Source: Malacoraja senta
Taxonomy: Eukaryota
Reading direction: 5' to 3'
DNA length: 64,000 nucleotides
Assembly: GCA_038087875.1 (NCBI GenBank)
Contig: CM075990.1
Span: forward strand, 7,628,001 to 7,692,000
Of this stretch, positions 40,606 through 53,326 are shown piece by piece; within the stretch, counting starts at the first letter, position 1, and every line of letters begins with the position of its first letter. The notes under the pieces were generated by a model. It saw nothing but the letters and a program-made list of their open reading frames with translations. It was not told the DNA's origin and did not search any database. The translations under genes and the position numbers were made by a program.

Positions 40606-41329
40606 TACAGGCTACCTGCAGTGGTTTTCTGTTCCGGCGCCACAACACCACTGATTTGTTTTTCACTGCAGTGGCTGCGTTAACATGGTTAGGGCCTGCA
40701 CAGGCGTCACAGGGCATTGTGAAGGCTGATGAATTACTCGTTTTTTTCAGGCTGAGGGATAAATTATTTCGGTCTCTCCAGAAGTCTCTCCTGTTCACCT
40801 GCAACATAATGACCATGTCTGAGGGAGTGGTGCCTCATCTCCGGTCCCGTACACCATTTACAACCTCCTTCAGCTTCCATCTGCCATACGGCCCATTTCA
40901 CTCACAGTCCTCTCCAAACTCAGCACTCCGTCAGTGCCTCCCCTCCAGACATGCATCGTTCTATCGGTATCCCCCCTACAGCTACATCGCTCTACCCACC
41001 CCACACTTCATTCACTTCACCACACTCTCAGAGTTTTAACCTGTCACATACCCTGTCTGGCCAGATGCAGGGTCTCAATCCACCATGCTCTTCCCTCCAT
41101 GGATCCTCCAGCATTGTTTCTTGTTTGAATTTCTAGGTATAGCCCCTCTCAACAGTCTTCCTGCCTTATTAGTATGGGTGTCAGAGGTTGTGGGGAGAAG
41201 GCAGGAGAATGGGGTTAGTAGGGAGAGATAGATCGACCATGATTGAATGGCGGAATAGACTTGATGGGCCGAATGGCCTAATTCTGCTCCTATCATTTAT
41301 GATCTTATGTATTTCATATTATCTCCCTA

Positions 41330-41670
41330 GGTGTGTGTCTGTCTGTGTAGATGTGTCTGTGTAGATGTGTGTGTCTGTGTGTGTCAGCCTGTGTGTATAT
41401 GTGTGAATATGCCTGTCCATGTGTGTCTGTGTCCATGTCTGTGTCTGTACATGTCTCAGTGTGCATCTATGTACGTCAGTGTGTGTGTGTGTGTGCACAT
41501 GTGTGTGTGTATGTTTCTGTGTGTCTGTGCATCTATGTGCATGTGTGTCAGTGCAGGTGTGTGTGTCTGTGTGTGTTGGTATAGGTCAGTGTGTGTGTGG
41601 GCATCTGTGTGTGTTTATGTGCATCATTGTGTGTATGGTTATGTGTGTCTGTGCATATGTGTGTGTGTTG
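41330..41670. repeat. Degenerate (TG)-rich low-complexity tract
   Basis: Directly visible. Confidence 0.9.
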
Positions 41671-42206
41671 CACTCCCTTACTTATTTATCCTGTCTATTT
41701 CTCAGTCTCTGCCTTAAATTCTAACCATAAACCCTGTCATAAATTGCAGAATTTTCTTACAGAAGTGTCACCAGGTGACACATACATCTTCCGTTGGCTA
41801 GAAACAGACAATCTAAATCCAGGACTAATGACCATCCCATCCATCCATCTCAGCTACACGTTCTTTCCATGTGAGATGTCAGCGTTATTCTTCCACATCA
41901 GGTCCTCTCCAGTAATGACATTTCTCCGGGAATATTGAATGCAGTTTCACCAAACTTTTCTCTGAGGATTCAGTCATGACCTTTCTGTGCTTTCTGTGTG
42001 GAGTTTGCAATGTTCTCTGTCTGGCTGCATCCATTTGCTCCAAATCGTGGAATTAAATTGTTGTAGATGATCACAGACAGAGGTGGGAATGCTAGTTTGT
42101 CAAAAGTGATATTGATGGTTGAGGCAGGTTGGCTGACCTGGATGGTTTTGGCTTGCGGGGTAATTAGAGATTTGTGTGCAAATTAAGAGCACATGGTATT
42201 GGGGGT

Positions 42207-42344
42207 CTTCTACTTGCGTATGGCGTGTACAGCTTAAAGTTGTAGGACAACTTGTTCTACTTGAACTTATTTGATTGTGCACGCCAGGTTGATTGCATGA
42301 GATGAAACAGGGCAGACCACGTGAAGGTTGCAATCTCCCACTCC
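42207..42344 (-). mobile_element. 138-bp short non-autonomous retroposon with an HDV-like ribozyme head and (AAG)-like tail, inserted into a CR1
   Basis: Flanked by an 11-bp duplication, gtattgggggt (42196-42206) and gtattgagggt (42345-42355), which restores the CR1 frame KLRAHGIGGRVFTWIENW. Minus strand ends ...gccatacgcaagtagaag. No A/B boxes. Second copy at 61336-61469. Confidence 0.85.
42291..42344 (-). ncRNA. Putative minimal HDV-like (nested double pseudoknot) self-cleaving ribozyme, degenerate copy
   Basis: Minus strand: GGAGUGG (P1) GA GAUUGCA (P2) ACC (P3) UUCACGU (L3) GGU (P3') CUGCCCU (P1', G1-U wobble) GUUUCAUCUCA UGCAAUC (P2'). P2 and P3 pair perfectly. P1 has one mismatch and J4/2 is mutated in this copy. 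Confidence 0.7.
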
Positions 42345-42696
42345 GTATTGAGGGTAGGGTATTTACATGGATAGAGAACTGGTTGGCAGAAAGGAAGCTA
42401 AGAGTAGGAATTAACGGGTCCTTTTCAGAATGGCAGGCAGTGACGAGTGGGGTGCCACAAGGCTCGGTGTTGGGACCCCAGTTATTATGATATAGGTGAG
42501 TGAATTAAATGTGACATCTCCAGGTTTGCGGATGACACAAAGCTGGGTGGCAGTGTGAGCTGCGATGAGGATGCTATGAGGCTACAGGGTGACTTGGACA
42601 GATTGGGTGAGTGGGCAGATGCAGCATAATACGGTTAAATATGAGGTTATCCACTTTGGTGGCAAGAACAGGAAAGCAGATTATTATCTGAATGGT

Positions 42697-42899
42697 GTAG
42701 GAAAGAACTGCAGGTGCTGGTTTAAATCAAAGGTAGACACGAAATGTTGGAGTAACTCAGCGCGACAGGCAGCATCTCTGGAGAGAAGGAATGGGTGACG
42801 TTGCGGGTCGAAGAAGGGTCTCGACCCGAAACATCACCCATTTCTTCTCCCAGAGATGCTGTTTGTCCTGCTGAGTTACTCTAGCATTTTGTGTCTACC
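42697..42899. mobile_element. Palindromic non-autonomous element made of two inverted Penelope-like pseudo-LTRs
   Basis: Left arm gtagacac...ggagtaactcagc...ggcagcatctctggagagaaggaatgggtgacgtt is the reverse complement of the right arm. 14-bp TSD attatctgaatggt (42683-42696) and attatatgaatggt (42900-42913). Arm sequence matches the 3' end of the PLE at 13676-13766. Confidence 0.8.
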
Positions 42900-45800
42900 A
42901 TTATATGAATGGTCAGATTAGGAAAAGGGGAGATGCAATGAGACCTGTGTGTGCTTGTACATCTAGGAGTGCAGGTGCATGGTTCCTTGAAGGTCGAGTC
43001 GCAGGTATATAAAGTGGTCAAAAAGGCTTTTGGCATTTTGGTTTTCATCAGTCAGAGTATTGAGTATAGAAGTTGGAAGGTCATGTTGCAGTTGTATAAG
43101 ACTTTGGTGAGACTGCATTTAGAATATTGTGTTCAGTTCTGGGCACCATGTTATAGGGAAAATATTGTCAAGCTTGAAAGGGTTCAGAAAAAATTCATGA
43201 GGATGTTGCCAGGACTAGAGGGTGTAAGCTATCGGGAGAGGTTGAGTAGGCTGGGTTGAGTAGACTCTATTCCATGGAGCGCAGGAGGATAAGGGGGGAT
43301 CTTATAGAAGTGTACAAAATCATGAGAGCAATAGATCGGGTAGATGCACAGAGTCTCTTGCCCATAGTAGGGGAATCGAGGACCAGAGGATATAGGTTCA
43401 AGGTTAAGAGGAAACGATTTAATAGGAATCTGAGGGGTAACTTCTTTACACAAAGGGTGGTGGGTGTATGCAACAAGCTGCCAGAGGAGGTAGTTGAGGC
43501 TGGGACTATCCCTTAGTTTAAGAGGCAGTTAGACAGGTGCATGGAAAGGACAGGTTTGGAGGGATATGGACCAAACGCGGGCAAGTGGGACTAGTGTAGC
43601 TGGGACATTGTTGGCTGGTGTGGGCAAGTTGGGCCCAATGGCCTGTTTCCACACTGTATCACTCTATGACTCTATCAGTCACTGAAAGTAAGCATGCAGG
43701 TACAACAGGCAGTGAAGAAAGGTAATGGCATGTTGGCCTTCATTGCGAGAGGATTTGAGTTTAGGAGCAAGGAGGTCCGACTGCAGTTGTACAGAGCCCT
43801 GGTGAGACCGGACCTGGAGTATTGTGTGCAATGTTGCTCTCCTAATTTGAGGAAGGACATTATTGCTATTGAAGGAGTGCAGCGTAGGTTCACCAGGTTA
43901 ATTCCCAGGATGGCGGGACTGATATATAATGAATGAATGGGTCGACTGGGCTTGTATTCACTGGAATTTAGAAGGATGAGAGGGGCTCTTATAGAAACAT
44001 ATAACATTCTTAAAGGATTGGACAGGCTCGATGCAGGAAAAATGTTTCTAATGTTGGGGGAGTCCAGAACCAGGGGTTAAACTCACAGTTTAAGAATAAG
44101 GGGTAGGCTATTTAGGACTGAGATGAGGAAAAACTTCTTCACCCAGAGGGTTGCGAATCTGTGGAATTCTCTGCCACAGAAGGCAATGGGGGCTAATTCA
44201 CTGGATGTTTTCAAGAGAGATTTAGCTCTTAGGGCGAAGGGAATCAAGGGATATGGGGAAAAAGCAGGAACGGGGTACATTGTATATGATAAGCCATGAT
44301 CTAATTGAATGGCGGTGCTGGCTCGAAGGACCAAATGGCCTACTCCTGCACCTATTTTTCTATGTTTCTATGTTTCTATTAGTGCCTCTTTCATAAGTTC
44401 ATGTTCATAAGTGATAGGAGCAGAATTAGGCCATTCGGCCCATCAGGTCTATGCCATTGAAACATGGCTGATCTATTTTTCCCTCCCAGCCCCATTCTCC
44501 TGCCTTCTCCTCATAACCCGTGACACCCTTACTAATCAAGTATCTGTCAATCTCCAGCTAAAAGAAAACCCAATGACTTGGCCTCCACAGCCGTCTGTGG
44601 CAGAGAATTCCACAGATTCACCACCCTCTGTCTAATCCAATCATTCTCGTAAACCTCCTCCAGACGCCAGCACATCCTTCCGCAGATATGGGGCCCAAAA
44701 CTGCTCACAACACTCCAACTGTGGTTTGACCAGTACCTTGTAAAGCCCCAGCATCACATCCCTGCTTAATATTCTAGTCATCTCAAAATAAATAAATACT
44801 AGCATTGCATTTGCCTTCCTTACTACCAATCCGAATTGCAAATTAACTTTTTGGGAATCCTGCACCACCACTCCCAAGTACATTTGCCCCTCCGATTTCT
44901 GAATTATCTCCCCATTTAGAAAATAGTCTACGCTTTCATAATCTATGCCTCCTATCAAAATGCATGACTCCGCACTTTGCTGCGCTGTTTTCCATCTGCC
45001 ACCTCTCTGCCCACTATTCTAACTTGCCCAAGTCCTTCTGCAGAGTTCCATCTTTCTCTACACTACCTGCCCCTCCACCTATCTTCGTATCAGCTGCAAA
45101 CCCGTCCACAAAGCCTTCAATCCCCTCGTCCAAATCGTTGCTATACAACGTGAAGAGTGGCGGCCCCAGCACCGAGCCCTGCGGAACTCCGCTGGTCACT
45201 GGCAGCCAACCAGAAAAAGCCCCTCTTTGCCTTCTGCCAACCAGCCAGCCTGCGATCCATACTTGTCTAGTTTTAGTTTAGTTCTGACCCACTCTTTCTC
45301 CTCACGCTCCACTTTAGAGGCATAAAAATACAGAACTTGTGAAGGAAATTTAGTAGTAATGTGGGTGGTTGTTCAACGTGATTCATTTATTTATTCATGC
45401 TAACCTTGTCAGAGGATTTGTAGGAATCCCATGAGGACGTTCCAATCTATAAATGTTGATGTAAATGTGCATTGAGCTTAAGCGCAGGAAAATGGGAAAG
45501 TGGATAACATAAAAGAAAATATAACAGGACCCTGCACAGATTTATGGGAGTTAAAGGGAATAAATAGAGATTCTGTTCAACAATGAGAAATATTTAAACA
45601 ACAAAAAAATAAGATTAGTTTAGTTTAGAGATACAGCGCAGAAACAGGCCCTTCGGCCCATCGAGGCCGCACTGGCCAGCGATCGCTGCACATTAACACT
45701 ATCCTACACACACTAGGAATAATTTTACATTTATACCAAGCCAATTAACAACAAAAGAATTACCCCCTTTGATATCTCATTCTCACACCTTACTCTTCCT

Positions 45801-47607
45801 TATCTCTGTATCTCCCTGTCCTCTGACTGTCAGTCTGAAGAAGGGTCTCGATCCGAAAAGTCACCCATTCCTTTTCTCCAGAGAAGCCGCCTGTCCCGCT
45901 GAGTTACTCCCGAATTTTGTGTCTATCTTCTGCCTAACCTACAAACCTGTATGTATTTGGAGTGTGGGAGGAAACTGAAGATCTCGAAGAAAACCTACGT
46001 AAGTCATGGGGAGAACATACAAACTCCGTACAGACAGCACCCGTAGTCGGGATCGAACCTGGGTCTCTGCCGCCATAAGGCAGTTGCTCTACCGCTACGC
46101 CACCATGCCGCCATAATGGAAGGCAAAGATAGCAAATAGAAATTCAGTTCAACGATGGGAATTATTTAAACAACAAAAAAATAATGATCGGAAGATAGTA
46201 GTATTGTGTCAAAGCTGACTTGAATGAGAACAGATCTGATTTAAAGCTCAATAGTTTTTAACTTTTACAGGGCAAATAAACAATAGCCAAGATAAAGCAA
46301 GCAGGCAAGCCACACACACAGGATTAGAGAGGCTGAGCAGTGTAGGAAGGGAATTAGTGAAAGTTATAAAGAACATTACAGTGGCTTTCAGTCGACACAT
46401 TAGGAGAAAGCAAATAGATTAAGCAGAGATCGAGTTGCAAAAGATGATAGAGTCGGAGCTGTAATTGAATGTGAAGGGGAATGGCTGAGAGACAAATTAA
46501 GGGTTGGGGCGTTTAGTTTAGTTTAGAGATGCTGCACGGAAATAGGCCTTTCAGCCCACGGTGTCTGCACCGACCAGCCATCCCCACAGGTTAACACTAT
46601 CCTACACACACTGGGGACAATTCACACTTACACCAAGCCAATTAACCGACAAACCTGTACATCTTTGGAGTGTGGGAGGAAAGCGAAGATCTCGAAGAAA
46701 ACCCACGCAGGTCACGAGGAGAACAGACAAACTCCGTACAGACAGCACCTGTAGTCGGGATCGAACCCGGGTCTCTGGCGCTGTAAGCGCTGCAGGGCAG
46801 TAACTCTACCGCTGTGCCACCATGCCGCACATTGGTCTGGTTGGGAGATTGGTGAGAGAGGGAGAGGGAGAGGGAGAGGGAAAGCAGACATGTAAAACTG
46901 GTAGAATGCTGATCACGGCTGCTGCTGAGACTTGGCACCAAGCGGAGAATACATAAAACACCAAACACATCAGGCACTGCCCATGAGGGAGGAAAGCTGA
47001 GGAAATATTACAGATGGATAGCGTAGAATTGGCCAGTTCTGATTCAAAGAGGGAAAAAAATACATTATTGGAAATCGTTATATTTGACATTGAATCCCAA
47101 AGGCTGCAACATGCCCAGACGGAACACGAGGTATACAGTAGTTCCTCAATAAATTAATATTCAATAAATTAGTATTGTGGTTATTAGGTTATTGAGTATT
47201 TTTTTTATTATTTTGCAATATTTTTGTGTATTGTTTTGACATATTCTGTTATGCAGCTGCAAGTAAGAATTTCATTTTTTCTCTTGCCAGTGCATATGAC
47301 AATAAAACACTTAACTCTTAGAGTCATGGTGTCATAGAGTGATACAGAGTGGAAACAGGCCCTTCGGCCCAACTTGCCCACACCGGCCAACATGTCCCAG
47401 CTACACTCGCCTGCGTTTGGCCCATATCCCTCCAAATCTGCACTATCCATGTGCCTGTCTATCTGTTTGTAAAACATTGATTCTTGAGCTTGCACAGGGC
47501 CTTGTAGGAACCGTTCAGAAGTTAACAAAGATGTAGATTATAGTGGGAGTGGGATGGGGAAGTAAAGTGATCGGCAATTGAAACTTCATAGTTGCCCCTG
47601 TGGACTT

Positions 47608-48258
47608 ACATAGATACATAGATACATAGAAAATAGGTGCAGGAGTAGGCCATTCGGCCCTTCGAGCCTGCACCGCCATTCAATATGATCATGGCTGATC
47701 ATCCAACTCAGTATCCCGTACCTGCCTTCTCTCCATACCCTCTGATCCCTTTAGCCACAAGGGCCACATCTAACTCCCTCTTAAATATAGCCAATGAACT
47801 GGCCTCAACTACCCTCTGTGGCAGAGAGTTCCAGAGATTCACCACTCTCTGTGTGAAAATGTTTTTCTCATCTCAGTCCTAAAAGATTTCCCCTTTATCC
47901 TTAAACTGTGACCCCTTGTTCTGGACTCCCCCAACATCGGGAACAATCTTCCTGCATCTAGCTTGTCCAACCCCTTAAGAATTTTGTAAGTTTCTATGAG
48001 ATCCCCCCTCAATCTTCTAAATTCTAGCGAGTACAAGCCGAGTCTATCCAGTCTTTCCTCATATGAAAGTCCTGACATCCCAGGAATCAGTCTGGTGAAC
48101 CTTCTCTGTACTCCCTCTATGGCAAGAATGTCCTTCCTCAGATTAGGAGACCAAAACTGTACGCAATACTCCAGGTGTGGTCTCACCAAGACCCTGTACA
48201 ACTGCAGTAGAACCTCCCTGCTCCTATACTCAAATCCTCTTGCTATGAAGGCCAACAT
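47608..48258 (-). mobile_element. 5'-truncated CR1 3' end
   Basis: ORF 47839-48258 LVRPHLEYCVQFWSP...; (TATCTATG)n tail. Near-identical to 52650-53300 in the opposite orientation. Confidence 0.93.
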
Positions 48259-49872
48259 ACTTAACTTAGCTACACGACAATGCAGGGTTTAGTCTGACTG
48301 TGTAGCATACAAGACCATGTCCTATCACTGCACAATCTCTTACAATCTTCCAACATCGTCCAATGTAAACTTGTATAACATCTCATCTTTCATAAGTTCA
48401 TAAGATGTAGGAGCAGAATTACGCCATTCAGCCCATCAAGTCTACTCCATCATTCAATCATGGCTGATCTATCTTTCCCTCTCAACCCTATTCTCTTGCC
48501 TTCTCCCCCAAATCCCTGAAACCCTTGCTAATCAAGAATCTATCAACCTCCACCTTAAAAATATCGATTGGCCTACACAGCCTTTTGTAGCAATGAATTC
48601 CACAGATTCGCCACCCTCTGACTAAAGAAATTGCTCCTCAACTCCTTTCTGAAAGTACATCTTTTTTATTCTGAGGCTATGACCTCTGGTCCTAGACTGT
48701 CCCACTAGTGGAAACATCCTCTCCACATTCACTCTATCCAGGCCTTTCACTATTCGGTAAGTTTCAATGAGGTCCCCCCTAATCCTTCTAAACTCTGGCG
48801 AGTACAGGCCCAGTGCCGTCAAAGGCTGATCATATGTTAACCCAATCATCCCTGGGATCATTCTCATAAACCTCCTCTGGACCCTCTCCAATGCCAGCAC
48901 ATCGTTTATCAGATATGGAGCCCAAAACTGCTCACAATACTACAAATGTGTTCCGACCAGTGCCTGATAAAGCCTCCGCATTACACCTGGACATGTTGCA
49001 ACTTTCCGGACTGTTTTGTGACTCATTTGAGATCCATTCTTATCTACTGTCAGTAGAAGTAATTAGTACTTTAAGAATTAGTGAAATATCTTGAGAGTGC
49101 CAGTGTACTGGATCTGTGAACCGTACCCAAGGTAATGAGAAACTGGAGGTAAAATGATTAAACTCATTGCACAGTGCAGAAAACTGGGTAATAATGTTCC
49201 TGGAATAATGACCAAAATAGACATTAACATCAGGGTTAAAGTGGATGGAGGTTTGGAGGCAGTGGTGCAACTCAGGCCCTTTGGCCCAACAAGGGGATAA
49301 GACCACACAGGGGAAAAAATAGTGTTCATCTCCAAAAACAAATCAAGTTCAAATCCCACCAAGTAAGCTGTACATTTAGTTAATAGTTTGGAATAGTTTT
49401 GGGCCCCATATCTGAGGAAAGATGTGCTGGCATTGGAGCGGATCCAGACGAGGTTTACGAGACTGATCCCAGGGATGAGTGGGTTAAGATGTGATGGCTC
49501 TGGGCCAGTACTCGCTGGAGTTTAGACAGATGACGGGCCACCTCATTGATACTTACAGAACAGTGAAAGGCCTGAATACAGTGGATGTGGAGAGGATGTT
49601 TCCATGAGTGGGAGAGTCTAGAACCAGAGGGCATAGCCCCAGAATAAAAGGACGTACTTTCAGAATGGAGATGGGAAGGAATTTCTTTAGTCAGAGGGTG
49701 GTGAATCTGTGGGATTTATTTTAAGGCGGAGATTAGCAGATACTTGATTAGTATGGATGTCAAGGGCAATGGGGAGAAGGCAGGAGAATGGGGTTGAGAG
49801 GGAAAGATTGATCAGCCATGATTGAATGGCAGAGTAGACTTGATGGGCCAAATGGCCTAATTCTACTCCTAG

Positions 49873-52800
49873 CGTTGCTGGTTAGAGAGGAGATTAACGC
49901 AATAGAAAGGAAGGACATTAGCTTGGAGGATGTTGAATCGATATGGGTAGAGCTGCGAAACACTAAGGGGGAGAAAACACTAGTGGGAGTTGTGTACAGG
50001 CCACCTAACAGTAGTAGTGAAGTTGGGGATGGTATCAAACAGGAAATTAGAAATGCATGCAACAAAGGTAAAACAGTTATAATGGGTGACTTCAATCTAC
50101 ATATAGATTGGGTGAATCAAATTGGCAGGGGTGCTGAGGAAGAGGATTTCTTGGAATGTATGCGGGATAGTTTTCTAAACCAACATGTAGAGGAACTAAC
50201 GAGAGAACAGGCTATTCTAGACTGGGTATTGAGTAATGAGGTAGGGTTGGTTAGCAGTCTTGTGTGTGGCCCCTTGGGCAAGAGTGACCATAATATGGTT
50301 GAGTTCTTCATTAGGATGGAGAGTGACATTGTTAATTCAGAAACAAGGGTTCTGAACTTAAAGAAGGGTAACTTTGAGGATATGAGACATGAATTGGCCA
50401 AGATAGACTGGCAAGTGATTCTTAAAGGGTTGACGGTGGATATGCAATGGAAGGCATTTAAAGACTGCATGGATGAACTACAACAATTGTTCATCCCAGT
50501 TTGGCAAAAGAATAAATCAGGGAAGGTAGCGCATCCGTGGATAACAAGGGAAATCAGGGATAGTATCAAAACAAAAGAGGAAGCATACAAATTAGCCAGA
50601 AAAAGCAGCCTAACAGAGGACTGGGAGAAATTCAAAGTCCAGCAGAGGAGGACAAAGGGCTTAATTAGGAAAGGGAAAATAGATTATGAAAAAAACTGGC
50701 AGGGAACATAAAAACTGACTGCAAAAGTTTTTATACATATGTGAAGAGAAAAAGATTAGTTAAAACAAATGTAGGTCCCTTGCACTCAGAAACGGGTGAA
50801 TTGATCATGGGGAACAAGGATATGGCAGACCAATTGAATAACTACTTTGGTTCTAAGGAAGACATAAATAATCTGCCGGAAATAGCAGGGGACCAGGGGT
50901 CAAATGAGATGGAGGAACTGAGTGAAATCCCGGTTAGCCGGGAAGTGGTGTTACGTAAATTGAATGGATTAAAGGCCGATAAATCCCCAGGACCAGACAG
51001 GCTGCATCCCAGAGTACTTAAGGAAGTAGCCCCAGAAATAGTGGATGCATTAGTGATAATTTTTCAGAACTCTTTAGATTCTGGAGTAGTTCCTGAGGAT
51101 TGGAGGGTAGCTAATGTAACCCCACTTTTTAAAAATGGAGGAAGAGAGAAAACGGGGAATCACAGACCAGTTAGTCTAACATCGGTAGTGGGGAAAATGC
51201 TAGTCAGTTATTAAAGATGGGATAGCAGCACATTTGGAAAGTGGTGAAATCATTGGACAAAGTCAGCGTGGATTTATGAATGGTAAATCATGTCTGACGA
51301 ATCTTCTAGAATTTTTCGAGGATGTAACTAGTAGAGTCGATAAGGAAGAACCAGTGGATGTGTTATATCTGGACTTTCAGAAGGCTTTCGACAAGGTCCC
51401 ACATAAGAGATTAGTATGCAAACTTAAAGCACACGGTATTGGGGGTTCAGTATTGATGTGGATAGAGAACTGGCTGGCAGACAGGAAGCAAAGAGTAGGA
51501 GTAAACGGGTCCTTTTCAGAATGGCAGGCAGTGACTAGTGGGGTACCGCAAGGCTCAGTGCTGGGACCCCAGCTATTTACAATATATATTAATGAACTGG
51601 ATGAGGGAATTGAATGCAACATCTCCAAGTTTGCGGATGACACTAAGCTGGGGGGCAGTGTTAGCTGTGAGGAGAATGCTAGGAGGCTGCAAGGTGACTT
51701 GGATAGGTTGGGTGAGTGGGCAAATGCATGGCAGATGCAGTATAATGTGGATAAATGCGAGGTTATCCACTTTGTTGGCAAAAACAGGAAATGAGACTAT
51801 TATCTGAATGGTGGCCGATTAGGAAAAGGGGAGATACAACGAGATCTGGGTGTCATGGTATACCAGTCATTGAAAGTAGGCATGCAGGTGCAGCAGGCAG
51901 TGAAGAAAGCGAATGGTATGTTAGCATTCATAGCAAAAGGATTTGAGTATAAGAGCAGTGAGGTTCTACTGCAGTTGTACAGGGTCTTGGTGAGGCCACA
52001 ACTGGAGTATTGCGTACAGTGTTGGTCACCAAATCTGACGAAAGACATTCTTGCCATAGAGGGAGTACAGAGCAGGTTCATCAGACTGATTCCTGGGATG
52101 GCAGGACTTTCATATGAAGAAAGACTGGATAGACTCGGCTTGTACTCACTAGAATTTAGAAGATTGAGGGGGGATGTTATAGAAACTTACAAGATTCTTA
52201 AGGGGTTGGACAGGCTAGATGCAGGAAGATTGTTCCCGATGTTGGGGAAGTCCAGAACAAGGGGTCACAGTTTAAGGATAAGGGGGAATTCTTTTAGGAC
52301 TGGGATGAGAAATTCATTTTTCACACAGAGAGTGGTGAATCTGTGGAATCTGTGGAATTCTCTGCCACAGAAGGTAGTTGAGGCCAGTCCATTGGCTATA
52401 TTTAAGAGGGAGTTAGATGTGGCCCTTGTGGCTAAAGGGATCAGGGGGTATGGAGAGAAGGCCTGTACAGGATACTGAGTTGGATGTTCAGCCATGATCA
52501 TATTGAATGGCGGTGCAGGCTCGAAGGGCCGAATGGCCTACTCCGATTAGGAAAAGGGGAGATGCAGCGAGACCTGGGTGTCATGGTACACCATTCATTG
52601 AAAGTAGGCATGCAGGTGCAGCAGGCAGTGAAGAAAGAGAATGGTATGTTAGCTTTCATAGCAAAAGGATTTGAGTATAGGAGCAGGGAGGTTCTACTGC
52701 AGTTGTACAGGGTCTTGGTGAGACCACACCTGGAGTATTGCGTACAGTTTTGGTCTCCAAATCTGAGGAAGGACATTATAGCCATAGAGGGAGTGCAGAG

Positions 52801-53326
52801 AAGGTTCACCAGACTGATTCCTGGGATGTCAGGACTTTCATATGAAGAAAGACTGGATAGACTTGGCTTTTACTCGCTAGAATTTAGGAGATTGAGAGGG
52901 GATCTTATAGAAACGTACAAAATTCTTATGGGGTTGGACAGGCTAAATGCAGGAAGATTGTTCCCGATGTTGGGGAAGTCCAGGACAAGGGGTCACAGCT
53001 TAAGGATAAGGGGGAAATGCTTTAAGACCGAGATGAGAAAAAACCTTTTCACACAGAGAGTGGTGAATCTCTGGAACTCTCTGCCACAGAGGGTAGTTGA
53101 GGCCAGTTGATTGGCTATATTTAAGAGGGAGTTAGATGTGGCCCTTGTGGCTAAAGGGATCAGGGGGTATGGAGAGAAGGCAGGTACGGGATACTGAGTT
53201 GGATGATCAGCCATGATCATATTGAATGGCGGTGCAGGCTCGAAGGGCCGAATGGCCTACTCCTGCACCTATTTTCTATGTATCTATGTATCTATGTATC
53301 CTGCACCTATTTTCTATGTTTCTATG
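49873..53326 (+). mobile_element. CR1-clade LINE of a second subfamily (nearly full ORF2, frameshifted), with a younger copy nested in its 3' UTR at about 52543-53300
   Basis: ORFs 49818-50711 (GVVYRPP, MGDFN, SDHN), 50741-51214, 51234-51794 ([20 protein letters not shown]), 51855-52478 and 52484-53110. The last ~730 bp occur twice. Tails are (TATCTATG)n and (TTTCTATG)n. Confidence 0.95.

Larger units (their letters stand above)
42170..44380 (+). mobile_element. CR1 RT/3' fragment hosting three nested insertions (42207-42344, 42697-42899 and a CR1 at about 42964-43673)
   Basis: The frame continues across the insertions: [47 protein letters not shown]. The inner CR1 has an (ACTCTATG)-type tail. 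Confidence 0.9.

Noticed and set aside
39460..41039. ORFs up to 334 aa (YQCYSVGCISITVWGVSVLQCGV repeats)
   Set aside because: Artefact of a stop-free 23-bp tandem repeat.
41331..41938. Cys/Val-rich metallothionein-like ORFs
   Set aside because: Translation of a degenerate (TG)n tract.
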